A program made the translations under genes and the position numbers. From Xanthobacteraceae bacterium (GTDB taxonomy: Bacteria; Pseudomonadota; Alphaproteobacteria; Rhizobiales; Xanthobacteraceae), in the NCBI GenBank assembly GCA_035546235.1, contig DASZWK010000398.1, positions 3,372 through 67,371 on the forward strand: a stretch of DNA of 64,000 nt, written 5' to 3'. This document shows, piece after piece, positions 61,128 to 64,000 of the stretch. Below the pieces are notes generated by a model. It was not told where the DNA came from. It worked only from the letters and a program-made list of their open reading frames with translations, and searched no databases. Every line of letters begins with the position of its first letter. The stretch's first letter is position 1.

Positions 61128-62249
61128 TCACATCCCGGCGACCAGTTTCACCAGATCGCTCTGTCGCTTCTTTCCGGTTTTTCGGAAGACATTGTGCAAA
61201 TGCGTCTTCACTGTCGATTGTGTCACGCCGAGCCGGTCGGCGATCGCCTTGACGCCGTTGACTTTGAGTAGCGCGTCAAACACCCGCACCTCGCTCGCGG
61301 TCAGCTTGTGGAGTTTGGCGATCTCCTCCAACGGAGACAACGCATTCGGCGCCGTCTTGCGTATGAATACGGCGGCCACGGCAGCATGCTTGTCGCCGGC
61401 TCGCCGTCGTCTTCCGGACGTTAATGGCAGCACATGCGCATACCATCGCTCGTTTGACGCATCTTCGAGCGGCACTGCGACGCCGCGCACGCCAACGGAC
61501 GCATCTCCCTTTCCGGCCGCAACAAAGAGGTTCCGCAGGGTGCGGTCGGCGTTTGACGCGACGGCGCGCAGCGCATTACGGTCCATCCGCACCAAGCTTG
61601 CCTCGCCGAGCATTTTTTTTGCAGTGCCGTTTGTGAACGCGATCTGCGCCTTGGCGTCGACCAAAAAAACCGCCGCTTCGACGTGATCGAGCGTTTCCGT
61701 GAGCGCCTGCTCGGTTGCTTTGCTTTGATCAAACAGTCTGCCGATCGCCACCGCACGCTGCAAATGCGGCACAAGCAGGCCGAGGCGGCGCCGCATCCGG
61801 TCTTTCAGCGGCGCCGTCATGCGCACGTTGATCATTGACGTGCGCAGGAGCCCTTTCTCCAGGTTCACGGAAAGTGCGGCCAGGGTGCCTTGCGGCTTGA
61901 TCCACTCCTTGTAGAAGCGCGTCTTGTTCAACTCGGCGCGCGGCATGATATCTTCGTCGGCGACGACGACGCCCTCATCGACAAAACTTGCGGCCGGGAA
62001 CATCGGGTTGAGCGGCAGATACTTCTCAAAATAAAGTCGAAGGTAATACGGATCGAAGTTATATAAATGCACGGCTTCGGAACGCTCCAGCGCCGAATCG
62101 TGCCACAGGAGCGCGGCCGACGAGCCGCCGACAAAGGCGCAGATGTTCCCGAGTGCCTGGTTCCAAAGCGTCGGATCGATCGCCGCGTCGTAGATATCGC
62201 CGATGACAGCCGAGAGTTCGGCCGCTTCTGACGCCATTTGCCGCCCCAA
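61128..62249 (-). CDS. LuxR-family transcriptional regulator
   Basis: C-terminal HTH LTASEVRVFDALLKVNGVKAIADRLGVTQSTVKTHLHNVFRK. The N-terminal sensor domain of about 300 aa is of unknown type. Confidence 0.75.
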   Translation of the reverse strand: MGRQMASEAAELSAVIGDIYDAAIDPTLWNQALGNICAFVGGSSAALLWHDSALERSEAVHLYNFDPYYLRLYFEKYLPLNPMFPAASFVDEGVVVADEDIMPRAELNKTRFYKEWIKPQGTLAALSVNLEKGLLRTSMINVRMTAPLKDRMRRRLGLLVPHLQRAVAIGRLFDQSKATEQALTETLDHVEAAVFLVDAKAQIAFTNGTAKKMLGEASLVRMDRNALRAVASNADRTLRNLFVAAGKGDASVGVRGVAVPLEDASNERWYAHVLPLTSGRRRRAGDKHAAVAAVFIRKTAPNALSPLEEIAKLHKLTASEVRVFDALLKVNGVKAIADRLGVTQSTVKTHLHNVFRKTGKKRQSDLVKLVAGM

Positions 62250-62454
62250 AATCCGGCGAAAATTCCAACATCAATCGCGCGCCGGATCAACAGAAAAACG
62301 CATAAAACCTTCGGAGCGGTATTGCTGCCAATCGGGGTGTGCAATGCGATTGGCGCCGGCCGCGGCCAGAGTGACGAAAGCGCGAGCGCGCGGGGCATTC
62401 GGCGCGTCGTGTGGCGCGATGTCCAGGGGGGCTCTCGGGCCCGCTGAGCGGACC

Positions 62455-63675
62455 TTATTGGGCCGCCTGACGATTCTCGGCGGCTTCGATCTCGACCGAA
62501 AGGGTGGGCGAGATGCGCGCCCAAATGTGCCCGAAAATGCGCTTCCAGCTCTCGCAATAGACGCTCGGATTGTCGTAACGGCGTTCGCGCGACCAGCGCT
62601 GCGCCAGATGGCCGCCGCCGCAGGAATCCAGATACTCGCAACTCATGCAGGTGTCGCACAGATGCGTGCTGGCCTCGAAGGCCTCGCGCCATATCGGATC
62701 GGTCCGCACTTCCTTGATGGCATTGCTGCTGACGTTGAGCTTCGAGGCCGTGGAGCCATTGCCGGCGATGCGCAGCACGTCGAGCGGCTCGAGCGAACCG
62801 TCGGCCATCAGCGTCACAGTCTCGATCGGGCCAAGCCCGATGGTGTCGGACAGCGATAATTTGCCGACCAAACCACGGATCATGGCGTCGAGCGTGGCGA
62901 TGCGGACACCGCGCGCCGCGTATTTGTCGAGCCAGACGTCGAACAGTCTGATGAAATACGCGTCGATCGCCGGCGGATTGTCGGCGTGCGTCGCATCCGG
63001 CGGCAGGATGTCGAATTCGAGAGTGCCGAGTTCGTCGACCACGAAGGCCAAGACTTTTTCCGGATCGGTGCCCGGATTGCACACCGAGATCAGGCCAGGG
63101 TCGATGCCGTTCCTGCGCAGGCATTCAATGCCCTTGAGCGTCTCCGCGAGCGTGCCGCGACCCTTGAAGTCGATGCGGTACTTGTCGTTGATTTCCTCAG
63201 GCCCGTCGATGCTGACGGTGACGCTGATGTCGTGGGCCTTGAACAGCTCGACCCAAGCGTCGTCGACCAGAATGCCGTTGGTGGTGATGCCGCGCGCGAT
63301 GAAGCAGCCGGTGCGTTCCTCGATCGCGCGCAGCTTTTTCATGAACGCGTCGAACCTGTGCTTGGGAAACAGCAGCGGTTCGCCGCCGTGAAACACCACC
63401 AGAAAATACTCGAGGTTGAATTCGCGAATGTGCTCTTCGAGGCGGGCGCAGAACGCATCCTCGGAATCGCGTGTCAGCACCGCGGGCTTTTTGTAGACGT
63501 CGGCGTCGCGAAACCAGTAGCAGTAGGTGCACTTGATGTTGCAGCGCGAGGCGAGCTTGATCAGAACGAAGCTGAACGCTTCAGGCTCATGCGCAATGCG
63601 TGGGCCGTGCATCAGGCTTTCCGGACCGGGCGCGGGGATTTCGACCCCTGCGGCTTGCGTGTCGGAGTTGGGCAT
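62455..63675 (-). CDS. radical SAM/SPASM-type peptide maturase-like protein (FxsB/cyclophane-forming-like)
   Basis: CNIKCTYC (CX3CX2C) near the N-terminus and a C-terminal Cys cluster CDTCMSCEYLDSCGGG...YC. ATG 63675 is preceded by AAGGAAGGA. Confidence 0.8.
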   Translation of the reverse strand: MPNSDTQAAGVEIPAPGPESLMHGPRIAHEPEAFSFVLIKLASRCNIKCTYCYWFRDADVYKKPAVLTRDSEDAFCARLEEHIREFNLEYFLVVFHGGEPLLFPKHRFDAFMKKLRAIEERTGCFIARGITTNGILVDDAWVELFKAHDISVTVSIDGPEEINDKYRIDFKGRGTLAETLKGIECLRRNGIDPGLISVCNPGTDPEKVLAFVVDELGTLEFDILPPDATHADNPPAIDAYFIRLFDVWLDKYAARGVRIATLDAMIRGLVGKLSLSDTIGLGPIETVTLMADGSLEPLDVLRIAGNGSTASKLNVSSNAIKEVRTDPIWREAFEASTHLCDTCMSCEYLDSCGGGHLAQRWSRERRYDNPSVYCESWKRIFGHIWARISPTLSVEIEAAENRQAAQ

Positions 63676-63824
63676 GGCTCGTCCTTCCTTCGACGGTTGC
63701 CGCCGCGCAATCGCGCTGGCTCGCATTCGCAGTCTTAGCTGCTGATTCTCAGCTTCCGGTTTCTTGGCTGCCGCCTCTCGACTGCCGATCAGGGCTGGCG
63801 TTGAGGCGCGCTGTAAGCCGAGCT

Positions 63825-63857
63825 GAAAACGGCGCGCCGGCAAAGCACCGGCGCGCC
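63825..63857 (-). terminator. terminator/attenuator-like hairpin between the small ORF and the radical SAM gene
   Basis: The minus strand has GGCGCGCCGG-TGCTTTG-CCGGCGCGCC (a perfect 10-bp stem) followed by GTTTTC. Confidence 0.5.
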
Positions 63858-63867
63858 GCCAAAGCGC

Positions 63868-64000
63868 CTAGTAGCGGGCGTAGGTGCGGAAGTAATTACG
63901 GTGATAGTAGTAACGATTGTAGAAGCGGCGGAACCAGCGGCGGAACCAAGCCGTCTTCTCCATCGGCGTGCCGACGGCAGCGGCCGGCACCTGCGGGCCT
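63868..64000 (-). CDS. aromatic/Arg-rich small ORF (5' end outside window), candidate RiPP precursor
   Basis: My manual translation gives ...GPQVPAAAVGTPMEKTAWFRRWFRRFYNRYYYHRNYFRTYARY* with TAG at 63870-63868. It is not in the ORF track because fewer than 60 codons lie in the window. Confidence 0.5.
   Translation of the reverse strand, partial: GPQVPAAAVGTPMEKTAWFRRWFRRFYNRYYYHRNYFRTYARY

Noticed and set aside
62455-63675. The possibility that the radical SAM gene near efp/epmA is EpmB (lysine 2,3-aminomutase).
   Set aside because: The motif context is CNIKCTYC with a C-terminal multi-Cys SPASM-like block, and I saw no KamA-type PLP-binding features. A LuxR gene separates it from epmA, and it has its own upstream small aromatic ORF.

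Overview
This is a high-GC chromosomal segment. Gene content, gene order and its intergenic inverted-repeat elements suggest an alphaproteobacterium of the Bradyrhizobium/Rhodopseudomonas/Afipia type; that assignment is inference only. Most of the window is conserved housekeeping: ctaA, metY, rplM-rpsI, glnB-glnA, nnr, tRNA-Leu, tig, clpP-clpX-lon, parE, argC, phaC, an aminotransferase-hom-glpX-recJ run, sorAB-like sulfite dehydrogenase, and efp/epmA. Between these lie accessory metabolic genes (hydrolases, enoyl-CoA hydratases, TauD, MFS transporter, thioesterases) and small hypothetical membrane or secreted proteins. I found no rRNA, CRISPR array, transposase, integrase or phage genes.

Observations worth a second look:
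1. At the right edge, an extremely aromatic and Arg-rich small ORF (absent from the ORF track, truncated by the window) lies directly upstream of a radical SAM/SPASM maturase and a LuxR regulator. A terminator-like hairpin separates the ORF from the maturase. This is a candidate multi-cyclophane RiPP locus.
2. A hicB-hicA pair in which the toxin carries an in-frame TGA where a conserved Trp is expected.
3. Three families of MITE/REP-like inverted-repeat elements wedged against gene ends.
4. A roughly 500-nt GC-rich, helix-rich non-coding stretch fed by a sigma70-like promoter in an AT-rich islet, between convergent genes.
5. A frameshifted gene after cbrC and a decayed N-terminal paralog fragment in front of a GGDEF gene.

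Several very long ORFs in the track (1930, 788, 558 and 467 aa) are antisense or composite artefacts of GC-rich codon usage.
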